From positions 3,136,001 through 3,200,000 of the forward strand of contig OY843592.1 of NCBI GenBank assembly GCA_963692865.2: a stretch of 64,000 nucleotides of DNA, in the 5' to 3' direction. The notes beneath the pieces were generated by a model. It was not told the origin of the DNA and searched no databases. It worked only from the letters and a program-made list of their open reading frames with translations. The stretch's first letter is position 1. Each line of letters begins with the position of its first letter. This document shows, piece after piece, positions 38,748-49,185 of this stretch. Made by a program: the position numbers and the translations under genes. This DNA is from a bacterium (GTDB lineage: Bacteria > UBA8248).

Positions 38748-39695
38748 CTAATTTTTCAGATGTGAATAATCTCGATCATACGCGGGCGGAAGCGCGCCTC
38801 CCTGGCCTTGAATGACGTGGAGCTTGCCCCACCCCCGCCCCGAATTGCGAAATCCGCGCTGCGCGCCCGCAGGCGCCCAGCACATATCCCACGGCCCGAG
38901 CACCGCCTGTTGCGACTCCCCTCTCTCGTCCGTCCAGAACACAGTCCAGTCACTCTCCAGCGGAATAAAGGCCTCCTCCAGGTCGGGGTGATCGTGCAGC
39001 GGAGCGCCCGAACCCACCCGGTTTTCGTTAATGACGAAGGAAAACTCTCCCTCCGACAGGGCCGGAGGCGGACCAACGCCCTCGAGTTCGCCGCCCACGT
39101 GGCCTATATATCGGCGTATCCCACGAACTCCTTCGGGAAGCGAGGATTCATGATAAACTTGGAAATTCTTGGGGCAATCATCGTAACGAACCACCTGGGT
39201 GAGAGGATCGGCGAAAGTGGCGCCATCGACGGCCGACCCTTTTCCTTCTCCCTCGAATACGGGCGGCTCGTACGCCCCGCGACCGTGAATGTAGTAGAGG
39301 AATCCATCCTCACCGCCCGAGTTTCTGTAACCGCGCATGACGCTCGCCGGCATCCGGATGGCGTCGTAAAGACCGAGTTCCACGCTTTTTCTCTCTCCAT
39401 CGCGCGGGTCGACCCAGAAGACCTCGAACGCGCCATGCCACACCATGAAAACCTCTTCGAACCCGTGGCTGTGCAGCGGCGCGCCGTTTCCGGGGGGCGC
39501 CATCACGATTCCGTTGGCGAACTCCCAGCCGGGGAGCGCCGCTTTGGGCTCCTTCTCGCGAGGGCCTCCGATATAGCGGTAAACGGCCCGGTGACGCCCT
39601 TCTTCGCGGGCGTCGGGCGACGAGTCCCAATCGGGCATGATCTCGGCGAATCGGATAATCGTGGTGGGTACGGCTCTTGAGGTATGTGTGGTCAT
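38748..39695 (-). CDS. Tandem (bi-)cupin protein
   Basis: Two repeats: GAPLHSH..EE and GAPLHDH..EE. Confidence 0.8.
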   Translation of the reverse strand: MTTHTSRAVPTTIIRFAEIMPDWDSSPDAREEGRHRAVYRYIGGPREKEPKAALPGWEFANGIVMAPPGNGAPLHSHGFEEVFMVWHGAFEVFWVDPRDGERKSVELGLYDAIRMPASVMRGYRNSGGEDGFLYYIHGRGAYEPPVFEGEGKGSAVDGATFADPLTQVVRYDDCPKNFQVYHESSLPEGVRGIRRYIGHVGGELEGVGPPPALSEGEFSFVINENRVGSGAPLHDHPDLEEAFIPLESDWTVFWTDERGESQQAVLGPWDMCWAPAGAQRGFRNSGRGWGKLHVIQGQGGALPPAYDRDYSHLKN

Positions 39696-39720
39696 CTTCA
39701 AGCCCCTCACCGGTATAAGG

Positions 39721-41076
39721 TTATGGAAGCGTCGCGCCTCGATACACGCCTTCCGCCTCATACGCCTCATCGAGCAGGACCACGGGATGCGCCACCCGAA
39801 GGTCCATGCCCCGCTCGCGGGCGCCGAACGCGATTTGAATCTGACAACCGGGGTTGCCCGTGCACACCACGGGCGCGCCCGAGTCTTTCACGTGCCCCAT
39901 TTTCCTGTCGAGAAGCTGCATCGAAATCTCGGTTTGCGTGAGATTGTAGCTGCCTGCGGAGCCGCAGCACCAATCGCTCTCCTTGAGAGGCGCCGTCTCG
40001 ACGTTGCGGATCGCGGAAAGAACCTCGAGCGGCTCCTTGCGGACCTTCAGCGCGTGAAACAAATGACAGGGGTGGTGATACGCGATTTTTTGGGGTGAGG
40101 GGTGATGCGCTTCTCTTACGCCGATTCGGGAAAGAAACACGGTGACGTCCATCGCCTTCTCGCTGAACGTCTCCGCGCGTCTCGCGTAGGCGGGGTCATC
40201 CGCGAGCAAATCCTTGTATTCATGGAGCATGGCCCCGCAGCCGGAGACGGCCAGGATGACGGCGTCGAACTCGCCCGCGTCGATGGCGTCCAGGTTCTCG
40301 CGCGCGAGGATTCTCGCCGCCTCCCTGTCTCCGGCATGGGCCTGCAGCGCGCCGCAGCATGTCTGCGCGGCGGGAAACACCACGCGCACCCCGTTTGCGG
40401 CCAACGCGCGTATGGCGGCACGGTTCACGTCGCCGAACAGGGTGGACTGGATACACCCGCCGAAGAAGGCGACGCGGTATCTTTCCTCCCCGATGGGCGC
40501 GACTTCGGGGGGCAGGGCCCTCATCGAGGATATGGGCGGGGCTTCGGGCATCATGGGTTCGAGTTCGGCCAGTTTTTGGGGCAACAGACCCAAACCCTTC
40601 ACCACGTTTTTCAAAAACGTGGCCTGATACAACCTCGTGGCCGCGCCCGCCAAATTGAGCAGCGTCCTGTTCGGCAAGAGCCACCGAAAGAGGAATCTTC
40701 TGAAAATCCGCACCGGGAGGGGGCGTTTTCGCACCTTTTCGAGTCCCTCGCGCGCCGCCTCTATCAATGAACCGTAGGGCACGCCGGATGGACATGCCGT
40801 TTCACAGGCGCGGCAGTCCAGGCAGCGATCGAGGTGTTTCATCACCGTCTCGTCAGGCGCCATCTCGCCGTCCGTCACCAGGCGCATGAGGTAGATTCTG
40901 CCGCGTGGGGAGTCCATCTCGTTGCCGAGCAGCGTGAAGGTTGGGCAACTCGTGCCGCAGAACCCGCAATGGATGCAACGCTGAATCATCTCCCTGTCGG
41001 GAGCGTCCGGGCCGACGAAGGGGTTCTCGTATTCGGGAAGAACCTGCGCGAAACCTGCTTTTTGGTCCGTGGCCAC
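39721..41076 (-). CDS. glcF: Glycolate oxidase Fe-S subunit-like
   Basis: CIHCGFC...CP, CLDCRACETACP, two CCG domains. Confidence 0.85.
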   Translation of the reverse strand: MATDQKAGFAQVLPEYENPFVGPDAPDREMIQRCIHCGFCGTSCPTFTLLGNEMDSPRGRIYLMRLVTDGEMAPDETVMKHLDRCLDCRACETACPSGVPYGSLIEAAREGLEKVRKRPLPVRIFRRFLFRWLLPNRTLLNLAGAATRLYQATFLKNVVKGLGLLPQKLAELEPMMPEAPPISSMRALPPEVAPIGEERYRVAFFGGCIQSTLFGDVNRAAIRALAANGVRVVFPAAQTCCGALQAHAGDREAARILARENLDAIDAGEFDAVILAVSGCGAMLHEYKDLLADDPAYARRAETFSEKAMDVTVFLSRIGVREAHHPSPQKIAYHHPCHLFHALKVRKEPLEVLSAIRNVETAPLKESDWCCGSAGSYNLTQTEISMQLLDRKMGHVKDSGAPVVCTGNPGCQIQIAFGARERGMDLRVAHPVVLLDEAYEAEGVYRGATLP

Positions 41077-41090
41077 TTGACCCTTTCCTC

Positions 41091-42470
41091 CTACATCCGG
41101 CCCACGAAGCGGCCGGGACTCAAAATCCCTTTGAGGTCATAGGTTTTCTTGATGTTGCGCATCACCTGCAGCGCGGCGGGTTCGAGCGCGTCCTCTCCCC
41201 ACACGTAGATTTGCTCTTTCAGCGAGTCCGGCCCCGAATCCATGCGGAGGTGAACAGAGCGGGATTGCGCTTCATCTCTACCCTCCCTGCAAAGAGAGGA
41301 GAAAACGCGCCACGCCTCGAGCGGAAAAGATTCCTCATCCTCGGGCGCGAGCCAACAGCGCAGCACGCCGCTTCCCGCGTGGGACGAGATGGCGCAGCGG
41401 TATTTACCGGACTCTGCGGCTCGTCTCGCAGCTTCCGCGAAACGGGGGAGTTGATCGAGGCGACCCGATGCCCTGAGAGCGAGCGCCTCGGAATCTGAGA
41501 ACTCCCCACCCGGCGGATCGGCGAGAACGCGGCCCAGGCGAGCGGTTTCCCCATCTTCAAGACACAAAATATCATCTGCGCCCTCTTTCGCGAGAATTTC
41601 CTCGAAGCGGGTCAGTTGATCGTTCAGCCCTTGTTCGAAGTCTCCAAAACAAGCCGCCAGATTCACGGGGCCGGGCAAGGCGACGCCTCCTTCCGACGCA
41701 AGCGAAGCTATGCGCGCTTCGTCCACAACTTCCACCCAAACGGGCATGAGAGGCGAGGCCATCAAGGCGCGAGCGGCCTTGAGCGCGGCGTCTGTGGATG
41801 GAAAAGAGGCTGCCCTCGCTCCAATGCAATCTGGCGCCTTGTACAGGCGAATCGCCAACTCGGTGACGACGGCCAGCGTCCCCCAGCTTCCCGACAAGAG
41901 GCGGTTCATGTCGTAGCCGGTGACGTTTTTCACCACCAGCGCGCCGTAGGTGTGGGTCGCGCCGTCGGACAAAGCCACCTTCATGCGCATCACGCGGTCG
42001 CGCGCCTTGCCCCAACGCACCCGCATGGGTCCCGAACGGTCCGCGATAACGGTTCCCCCCACGGTAGAGGTTCCCGGATGCGGGGGGTCGAGGCCCGCCG
42101 TCTGGCCCTCTGCCCCCGTCAATCTATTGAGATCCTCGACGCACATGCCCGCTTCGACAACAGCCGTGAGGTCGTCTTTCAGAAATTCGACCCCATTGGA
42201 CATGCGCTCCAGAGAGAGCGCCACGTCGTACCTTTCTGGCGCATACCCCATCCTTCTGCCCGTGCCTCCTCCCCAGGGAAATACGGCAAGATTCGCTTCG
42301 CTCGCGCGAGAAAGAACTCGGCAAAGAGCTTCGTGATCGGCGGGACTCGCCACCACAGAGGGCGTTATGCCACCCAGCTTGAAAGACTCCGCCCTTTCAT
42401 CCGATAACAGAACGGAGTCGCCTGAATCTGCTTCAATGGACTGAGCGAACGAATCGAGTTTGAGAGCCAT
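41091..42470 (-). CDS. glcE: Glycolate oxidase FAD-binding subunit-like
   Basis: VVKNVTGYD, GSWGTL, ILSPGRF. Confidence 0.82.
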   Translation of the reverse strand: MALKLDSFAQSIEADSGDSVLLSDERAESFKLGGITPSVVASPADHEALCRVLSRASEANLAVFPWGGGTGRRMGYAPERYDVALSLERMSNGVEFLKDDLTAVVEAGMCVEDLNRLTGAEGQTAGLDPPHPGTSTVGGTVIADRSGPMRVRWGKARDRVMRMKVALSDGATHTYGALVVKNVTGYDMNRLLSGSWGTLAVVTELAIRLYKAPDCIGARAASFPSTDAALKAARALMASPLMPVWVEVVDEARIASLASEGGVALPGPVNLAACFGDFEQGLNDQLTRFEEILAKEGADDILCLEDGETARLGRVLADPPGGEFSDSEALALRASGRLDQLPRFAEAARRAAESGKYRCAISSHAGSGVLRCWLAPEDEESFPLEAWRVFSSLCREGRDEAQSRSVHLRMDSGPDSLKEQIYVWGEDALEPAALQVMRNIKKTYDLKGILSPGRFVGRM

Positions 42471-42477
42471 GGGTATC

Positions 42478-43923
42478 CTATTTGGTCATCCCCCCGCCCA
42501 TACGGGCGATGGCGCCGCTGTGAGCAACCGGGAACACGTTCTCCTCATCGGGTATGAGTTTACCGGGGTTCATCAAGCCGTCCTCGTCGATGGCGTCTCG
42601 CACGCGCTCCATGATTTCGAGGGTAGGCTCATCGAACTGATCTTTCATCTCCCTGATCTTCTCGATGCCGATGCCATGCTCGCCCGAGAGCACGCCCCCT
42701 GCGCGTATGCACGCGCGAAGCACCTCGGCGCCGCACTCTATCGCCCGTTCGGTCTCCCCGGGAACGCGGTCGTCGAACAAGACGTTGGGGTGCAGGCTCC
42801 CGTCTCCGGCGTGGAAGACGTTCGTGATGCGCAAATCGTAGCGAGAGGCGATTTCGTCAAATTCCTCGAGCACCTGCGCCAGCTTCGAGCGGGGAACCGT
42901 GCCGTCGAGACAATAGTAACTCGGAGCGATCACCCCGAAGGCGCCGAAGGCCTTTTTCCGGCCCATCCACAGGCCCTCACGCTCTTCTTCCGTCTGTGCG
43001 ATACGGAACGACGAGCAGTTGTTCTTCTCGCTTATATCGCGAATCAGGGTTTCGAGCGGCCGGATGGAAGACGGCAGGCCGTCCAGTTCAATCAGCAATA
43101 CGGCCTCGGCGTCCTTGGGATAGCCCGCCTGGACCACCGTCTCGACCGCCTCGATGGTGTAGCGGTCCATCAACTCCATCGCGGCGGGCACGGCCCCTGC
43201 CGCAATAACGTCGCTCACCGTCCGGCACGCATCTCCCACTTGAGAGAAACACGCGAGCATGGTCCGTACGCTCTCGGGGTTGGGCGTTAGCCGTACGGTG
43301 AGTTCCGTGATGACGGCGAACGTGCCCTCCGATCCGATAAAGAACCCGCGCAGGTCCAGACCCGGCGTATCCTCCCCGTCCGCGCCCAGATGCGCCACCT
43401 CGCCCGAGGGCAGGACGACGGTCATCTCCATGATGTGATTCGTTGTCATTCCGTATTTGAGGCAGTGCGCGCCGCCCGAGTTTTCCGCCGCGTTGCCGCC
43501 GATGGTGCATGCCGCCTGACTGGAAGGATCGGGCGCGTAATGAAAGCCATGCGGCAGCGTCTCGCGGGAGAGGTGGAGGTTCACCACCCCCGGCTGCACG
43601 CGCGCGAGGCGGTTCTCGTAGTCGAGTTCGAGAATCTTGTTCATCCGCGTGAAGACGATGAGCACGCCGCCCGGCAGGGGCGTCGCGCCTCCCGAAAGGC
43701 CCGTGCCGGTGCCTCTGGCGATCAGGGGCACACTGTATTCGCGGCAGATTTCCACGATTTGGCGGACTTCTTCGGTGCTTTCGGGCAAGACGACGGCCGA
43801 GGGAATGCCCTTGTAGATCGTGAGGCCGTCGCAATCATACGCCCTGAGCGCCACCGGATTGGTGTGGATGAATTCCTCCCCAACCGCACCCGCCAATTTT
43901 TGAATGAACCCGGCGCTGTCCAC
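42478..43923 (-). CDS. glcD: Glycolate oxidase subunit D-like
   Basis: APDPSSQ, GGAHCLKYG, FHAGDG, GEHGIG, NPGK. Confidence 0.88.
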   Translation of the reverse strand: MDSAGFIQKLAGAVGEEFIHTNPVALRAYDCDGLTIYKGIPSAVVLPESTEEVRQIVEICREYSVPLIARGTGTGLSGGATPLPGGVLIVFTRMNKILELDYENRLARVQPGVVNLHLSRETLPHGFHYAPDPSSQAACTIGGNAAENSGGAHCLKYGMTTNHIMEMTVVLPSGEVAHLGADGEDTPGLDLRGFFIGSEGTFAVITELTVRLTPNPESVRTMLACFSQVGDACRTVSDVIAAGAVPAAMELMDRYTIEAVETVVQAGYPKDAEAVLLIELDGLPSSIRPLETLIRDISEKNNCSSFRIAQTEEEREGLWMGRKKAFGAFGVIAPSYYCLDGTVPRSKLAQVLEEFDEIASRYDLRITNVFHAGDGSLHPNVLFDDRVPGETERAIECGAEVLRACIRAGGVLSGEHGIGIEKIREMKDQFDEPTLEIMERVRDAIDEDGLMNPGKLIPDEENVFPVAHSGAIARMGGGMTK

Positions 43924-44021
43924 CTCAAAACCCTCGCGGCGCTTCCTGAATGAACGAAAACCCATTAGAGTAGGGCCATTATACCCATGCTTCGGAAAAA
44001 AACGAAGAGAAAGGCGGCTTC

Positions 44022-45323
44022 TTGAACAAATCCGGCGACTCCCCCCAGGCTTCGGGCCACTCCTCGAGGCGCGGGCGAACAGGCGGTTTATATTATGGGT
44101 GGGTGATCGTCGGCGTATCGTTCACCACCATGGCCTTCCACATGGCGGCCACCTTCTCCTTCTCCCTGTTTCAGGTTCCCCTCATTGAAGAATTCGGCTG
44201 GAGCCGTGGCGCACTGGGCGGCGCATTCGCCTTGAGCATGAGCCTCTACGCCATCTGCAGCCCGACGGCGGGCTCCATCCTGGAGCGGAAAGGTCCGAGA
44301 GCCCTGATCCCGTGGGGCTCTGTGTTGATCGGTGTGGGACTCGCGCTGGGTTTTTTCATTTCCTCCCTCTGGCACGTGTATGTGTTCATCGGCGTCATGA
44401 TCGGCGTGGGCATCGCGATGAGCGGTTTCGTAACGCACAGCGCTCTTCTGCCTCGATGGTTCTTCAGAAACCGTGGACTGGCGATGGGCATCGCCCTCTC
44501 GGGCATCGGCATCGGCTCATTATTCCTGATGCCCACCATCGAGAGACTCATCGCCCTCTTCGGCTGGCGCTATGCCTACCTGATTTTCGGCGCCTCGATT
44601 CTCCTCATCATCCTGCCTCTCAAACTGCTCTTGCTCAGAAATCACCCCTCCGACGTCGGGCAGAACATCGACGGCGCATCAGACGAAGAAGCCGCCGGGT
44701 TCCCAAAACCGCCCCCCTCCCACTCCCAGAAAGTAGGAGAGGTATTCCGGCAGGTAATGCGGGAGAAGAATTTCTGGGCATTGATGATCCTCGTTTTCGT
44801 CATCGGCCTGAATAATAACTCCATCTGGAGCCAGTTGCAGATATTCTTCGTCGACGCGAAATTCAGCACCGCATTCGGCGCTTTTGTTTTCGGGCTCACA
44901 GGCGCCATCCGGATTCTGGGCAGCGTGGTGATGGGTTGGGCAGGCGACCACATGTCGCACAAAAGGGCCCAAGCCATCGCCCTTTTTCTGTCTGGACTCG
45001 GTGTCCTCATCTTGCTTTCCGTGCCACATATGGGTAACGGTGCCGTCCTCGCCTTTTTATTCGCCGCCACCTACGGTTTCGGCGTCGGCGGCATGTCGAC
45101 TTCTTATGCGGCCATGTGCGCAGACGCCTACGGCGGACGCTCGTTCGGCGTCATCATCGGAATACTGGAAATCTGTTTCGGTCTCGGGGGATTCATCGGC
45201 CCCCCGATGGCGGGCTTCATGTTCGACTACACGGGGAGTTACGTCCTGCCCTTCTGCATCGTGGTCATTTTCCAGGTGGTTGCGCTCCTCGTCTGTCATT
45301 TCGTCTACAGCACCGAGAAGTGA
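44022..45323 (+). CDS. MFS transporter (MCT/OFA-like)
   Basis: YYGWVIV, RWFFRNRGLAMG, GPPMAGFMFD. Confidence 0.88.
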   Translation: MNKSGDSPQASGHSSRRGRTGGLYYGWVIVGVSFTTMAFHMAATFSFSLFQVPLIEEFGWSRGALGGAFALSMSLYAICSPTAGSILERKGPRALIPWGSVLIGVGLALGFFISSLWHVYVFIGVMIGVGIAMSGFVTHSALLPRWFFRNRGLAMGIALSGIGIGSLFLMPTIERLIALFGWRYAYLIFGASILLIILPLKLLLLRNHPSDVGQNIDGASDEEAAGFPKPPPSHSQKVGEVFRQVMREKNFWALMILVFVIGLNNNSIWSQLQIFFVDAKFSTAFGAFVFGLTGAIRILGSVVMGWAGDHMSHKRAQAIALFLSGLGVLILLSVPHMGNGAVLAFLFAATYGFGVGGMSTSYAAMCADAYGGRSFGVIIGILEICFGLGGFIGPPMAGFMFDYTGSYVLPFCIVVIFQVVALLVCHFVYSTEK

Positions 45324-45331
45324 GGCCCGGC

Positions 45332-46609
45332 ATGGCGAGTGGGAAAACCACGCGTCCGTGGATATACTACGGATGGATTATCGTGGGCACGTCCTTCACG
45401 GCCATGGCGTTTCATCAAACGGCGCGTTTTTCATTTTCCATCTTTCAGGTTCCCCTGATCCAGGAATTCGGCTGGGGGCGCGGCGCTCTGGGCGGGGCCT
45501 ACGCCCTGATGCTGGGCAGCTACGCGCTGTTCAGCCCCATCATGGGCAACTTGTTCGACAAAAAAGGGGCACGCGCGGTCATGCCTTGGGGTTCGGTTCT
45601 CGTCGGCACAGGCTTCACACTTGCTTATTTCATCAATGAACTCTGGCACGTCTACCTCGTTCCCTGCCTGTTCGTGGGAATCGGAATGGCGCTGAGCGGC
45701 TTTGCGATGCACAGCGCCCTCATGCCTCAGTGGTTCCAGAAAAAACGGGGCCTCGCCACGGGACTGGCTCTCTCGGGCAGCGGAACAGGCATTCTGCTTT
45801 TTATCCCCCTCATCGAGTGGCTGATCGGCACGTATGGCTGGCGACAGACCTATCTGATTTTCGGCCTGGCAGTGCTCTTCATTGTCGTCCCTCTCACGGC
45901 GCTTTTACTCCGTAGAGGCCCCGAAGATGTGGGGCAGTACATCGACGGGGAACCCGATCCGCCCGGCCATTCACCTCCCAAGCAAAAGGAAAAATCGTCC
46001 AGCCCTTCCTTGATCGAGGTGTTTCGCCAGGTTTGCAGGCAGAAAAATTTCTGGACGCTCCTCATCGTCGTCTTCTTCATGGGGCTGAACAACAACTCGA
46101 TATTGAGCCAACTCCAGCTCTATCTGGTCGACGCCGAGTACACCACGGCTCTGGCGGCTTTTTTCTTCGGGATGCTGGGCGCGATCCGGATGCTCGCCAC
46201 GTTTTCCATGGGCTGGCTGAGCGATTTCATCGGCAGGCAGCGCGCCCAGGCGCTCTCTTCGTTCATTACTGTTTGCGGAATCGCGATTCTGCTGTCCATC
46301 CCTCATATGTCGCCGAAAATTCTGATGGGATGGGTCTTCATATTCGTGTATGGAATGGGCCTCGGCGGAATGAGCGTATGCTACTCCTCCATGTCCGCCG
46401 ATGCGTTCAAAGGCCCCTCGTTCGGAGCCACTATCGGATTGCTCGAAATTTTCTTCGGCCTCGGGGGGTTCATCGGCCCCCCACTGGCGGGCTTTATTTT
46501 CGACTATACGGGAAGCTACATGATTCCCTTCGTTGGGATAGCTTTCGGTCTGGTGTGCTGCATCTTCATGAGCTTATTCGTCTATGAAACGCCTAAAGAA
46601 ACTGCCTGA
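45332..46609 (+). CDS. MFS transporter, tandem paralogue of the previous gene
   Basis: YYGWIIV, QWFQKKRGLATG, GPPLAGFIFDYTGSY. Confidence 0.88.
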   Translation: MASGKTTRPWIYYGWIIVGTSFTAMAFHQTARFSFSIFQVPLIQEFGWGRGALGGAYALMLGSYALFSPIMGNLFDKKGARAVMPWGSVLVGTGFTLAYFINELWHVYLVPCLFVGIGMALSGFAMHSALMPQWFQKKRGLATGLALSGSGTGILLFIPLIEWLIGTYGWRQTYLIFGLAVLFIVVPLTALLLRRGPEDVGQYIDGEPDPPGHSPPKQKEKSSSPSLIEVFRQVCRQKNFWTLLIVVFFMGLNNNSILSQLQLYLVDAEYTTALAAFFFGMLGAIRMLATFSMGWLSDFIGRQRAQALSSFITVCGIAILLSIPHMSPKILMGWVFIFVYGMGLGGMSVCYSSMSADAFKGPSFGATIGLLEIFFGLGGFIGPPLAGFIFDYTGSYMIPFVGIAFGLVCCIFMSLFVYETPKETA

Positions 46610-46621
46610 GCGTAGCGTGCT

Positions 46622-47443
46622 TCAAAAAGGCCGACTCAAGACATCCAACACCAGGGCGGCCTTCACCTTATCGCCCTCGATGCGGAGGCGGCCTGTTCTT
46701 TCCTTGTCCTCCAGACTCGCCCGCCCCGTGGTGAGCAGAACGAGGTCGCTTCCATCGCATACAACGCGCGCGTCGCAATCCCCATGATCGGCATACACGA
46801 TTTCAGAATGCCCCTCCTGGATGCGCATGGCCCATATCCGTCCAGGCTCTTTCGTCTCGAAACAGATGGTCCCGCTGAATTCCCTGTCCCCACGGGCGCC
46901 GAAGAAGATGGGGAATCGCTCGGGGAGACAATCCACGGCGATGGGAAGCGATGGGGCATGCAAAGCGACATCCGGCTGATTCCGAATATCCCAGTCATGG
47001 AGAATTAATTCGTAGAGCCTTTGCCCGGGAAACGTACGGACCGGACACGGCGCGAGCCAGTGCCAGGCATGTTTGTCGAGATCATCGGGCCGAACTCCGT
47101 CGAAGACTTCCTGCAGTCCCCATACGGCCTCGGCGAAGACTTCTATCCGCTCATCGGCTGATAGGGCGACAAGTTCATCCCCCACTTTTTTTCGATACGC
47201 CCAGAACGATTCCAGATCCGAAGCGCCGAAAGGCATCTCCAGTCGCCCGGCGGCGCCCGCGGGAATGACGTGCGCGTAAAAACGCGCGCCAAGCGTCATG
47301 TGCGCCACCACTTCGGCCACACACCAGTTCGGACAAAAAGTCGGTGCGCGCCACTCCTGCTCGCTCAAGCCCCGCAAGATCCCGATGAACCTGCGGTTTT
47401 CCTTTTCCACCCAGGATACGACGCGCTCGAAAAAATCCGCCAT
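46622..47443 (-). CDS. MDMPI/DinB-like metalloenzyme with SCP2-like C-terminus
   Basis: PTFCPNW..AEVVAH, ELILHDWDI. Confidence 0.8.
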   Translation of the reverse strand: MADFFERVVSWVEKENRRFIGILRGLSEQEWRAPTFCPNWCVAEVVAHMTLGARFYAHVIPAGAAGRLEMPFGASDLESFWAYRKKVGDELVALSADERIEVFAEAVWGLQEVFDGVRPDDLDKHAWHWLAPCPVRTFPGQRLYELILHDWDIRNQPDVALHAPSLPIAVDCLPERFPIFFGARGDREFSGTICFETKEPGRIWAMRIQEGHSEIVYADHGDCDARVVCDGSDLVLLTTGRASLEDKERTGRLRIEGDKVKAALVLDVLSRPF

Positions 47444-47462
47444 TACACAATTGCCGCCTGAA

Positions 47463-48515
47463 TCAGACGGGCATCGCCACTTTGAGTTCTTCTGCGATTT
47501 CCGTCACCTGCTTCCAAACGCCATCACCGACTGGGATTCCTTCCCGCAACCTCCTTTCTTTTTCCCTGAAACTGCGCTCCCCGGGCACGCGAATTTCCTC
47601 CACGCCGAGGGCCTTGCGCGTGTTCTTTACCTCGGCGACGTGCGCCTCCACCATCTCACGGAACACTTGCGGATCCCCGAAGGCGGAAGGATCGATGGCG
47701 ATGAACAAATCCCCCTTGTCGTAATGTCCCTCTTGCACCGATTGGCTGAGCGGCTTGCCGACCTTGGCTCCGAGCAAAGGCCCCGCCAGAAGACCAATCA
47801 ACAGGCACAGGCCGTAACCCTTGTGGCCCCCGAAAGGCGCGACCGCGCCCGCCGCGGCGGTTTTGGCGTCCGTCGTCGGCTCGCCATCCGGCCCCACCGC
47901 CACGCCTTCCGGAATCGGTTCTCCCGTAACGCTCGCCTTCAGGATCATCCCGAATGGAATCGCGCTCGTCGCAAAATCGAGAAGTACGGGTTCGTCCCCG
48001 CTCCTTGGAACGGCGATCGAAAAAGGGTTCGTGCCCATTAGGCGCTCCACGCCCCCGAATGGATGAACGAGCGGCTGCGTGACGCCCGCGACGATTCCCA
48101 CACAGCCGGCGCGGGCGATGCGCTCCGCGTAATAGCCCGTCATACAGATATGATCGCTGTTCACGACTCCCACGGCGCAAGAACCCGCTTTTTCCGCTTT
48201 CCTGGCCGCGAGGCTTGCGCCATAGGTCGCGCCCACGGGTCCCATGGCGCGATCGCCCTCCACCAGCGCGGACCCCTCCCGCTCATGCACGACGTGGGGC
48301 CTGGCCTTGGCGTTGATCATCCCGCTCTGGATTCGCCTGATCATGTTCGGCAGGCGGATGAGGCCGTGGGTGGAATAGCCCCTGAGGTCGGCTTCTATCA
48401 ATACGTCGGCCGTCGTCATCGATTGCTCGTGCGAACACCCCGCGGCCGCCAGGATGCGCTCCATCAAATCGCGCAGGGCGTCCGCGTTGACGATGCGCTC
48501 TTCGTTTTGGCTCAT
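47463..48515 (-). CDS. Ldh_2 family oxidoreductase (malate/lactate/sulfolactate dehydrogenase-like)
   Basis: ADLRGYSTHG, GTNP, DFATS, GGHKGYGL. Confidence 0.9.
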   Translation of the reverse strand: MSQNEERIVNADALRDLMERILAAAGCSHEQSMTTADVLIEADLRGYSTHGLIRLPNMIRRIQSGMINAKARPHVVHEREGSALVEGDRAMGPVGATYGASLAARKAEKAGSCAVGVVNSDHICMTGYYAERIARAGCVGIVAGVTQPLVHPFGGVERLMGTNPFSIAVPRSGDEPVLLDFATSAIPFGMILKASVTGEPIPEGVAVGPDGEPTTDAKTAAAGAVAPFGGHKGYGLCLLIGLLAGPLLGAKVGKPLSQSVQEGHYDKGDLFIAIDPSAFGDPQVFREMVEAHVAEVKNTRKALGVEEIRVPGERSFREKERRLREGIPVGDGVWKQVTEIAEELKVAMPV

Positions 48516-48532
48516 GTGCGGGAAAACCTTTC

Positions 48533-49042
48533 TTACAGATCGGGGTTGGGTGCGGAAACGCTCGGCTTGGTGACGCGCATCATCCAGCAATAGATTTCTA
48601 TCCGGTTGCCGTCTGGGTCGAGAAAGTAGAATGCATGGCTGCCGCTTCCACCGATGAAACCGTTCTCATCCAACCCTTCATGCGCGTGAACATATGGGCC
48701 CGAGACGAACTCGACGCCGCAGGATTTCACGTGTTCCTGGGCGAGAAGCCAATTTTCACGGTCATCCACCTCGAAGGCGATATGGTGGAGTCCCACGTCC
48801 GTACGATGCTCAGAGTCGGTCGTCGTAAGGCCCGCTTTCACGGCATCTTCGGGCAACTCGAACAACACCAGGGTGTGATGTTTCTCCGCGCAGCGCATGA
48901 AACAAATCGGACGAAAGAAATCCGGCGGGCCCCATTTACCTGTCAGCTTCAGCCCCACAACGTCACGATAGAACTCGATGGAGCGCTCCACGTCACTCAC
49001 ATGGATTCCCATGTGGCCAAGCCGTGCGACATTACAACTCAT
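48533..49042 (-). CDS. VOC family protein (extradiol-dioxygenase-like domain)
   Basis: GHMGI, HHT, HHIAF, YFLDPDGNRIEI. Confidence 0.85.
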   Translation of the reverse strand: MSCNVARLGHMGIHVSDVERSIEFYRDVVGLKLTGKWGPPDFFRPICFMRCAEKHHTLVLFELPEDAVKAGLTTTDSEHRTDVGLHHIAFEVDDRENWLLAQEHVKSCGVEFVSGPYVHAHEGLDENGFIGGSGSHAFYFLDPDGNRIEIYCWMMRVTKPSVSAPNPDL

Positions 49043-49185
49043 TCCTTTACCTCCCAGAGCGAATGTAATTAAAAAAATGCGTTTGCCTTAAAAGGTGCGC
49101 CATCTTACCATGCGAAGGCGTGGTTGGCGCACGCGAGTCCAGTTTGTACCTAAGCCGCTTCATACCCCAATGAAAGAGGATTCGA

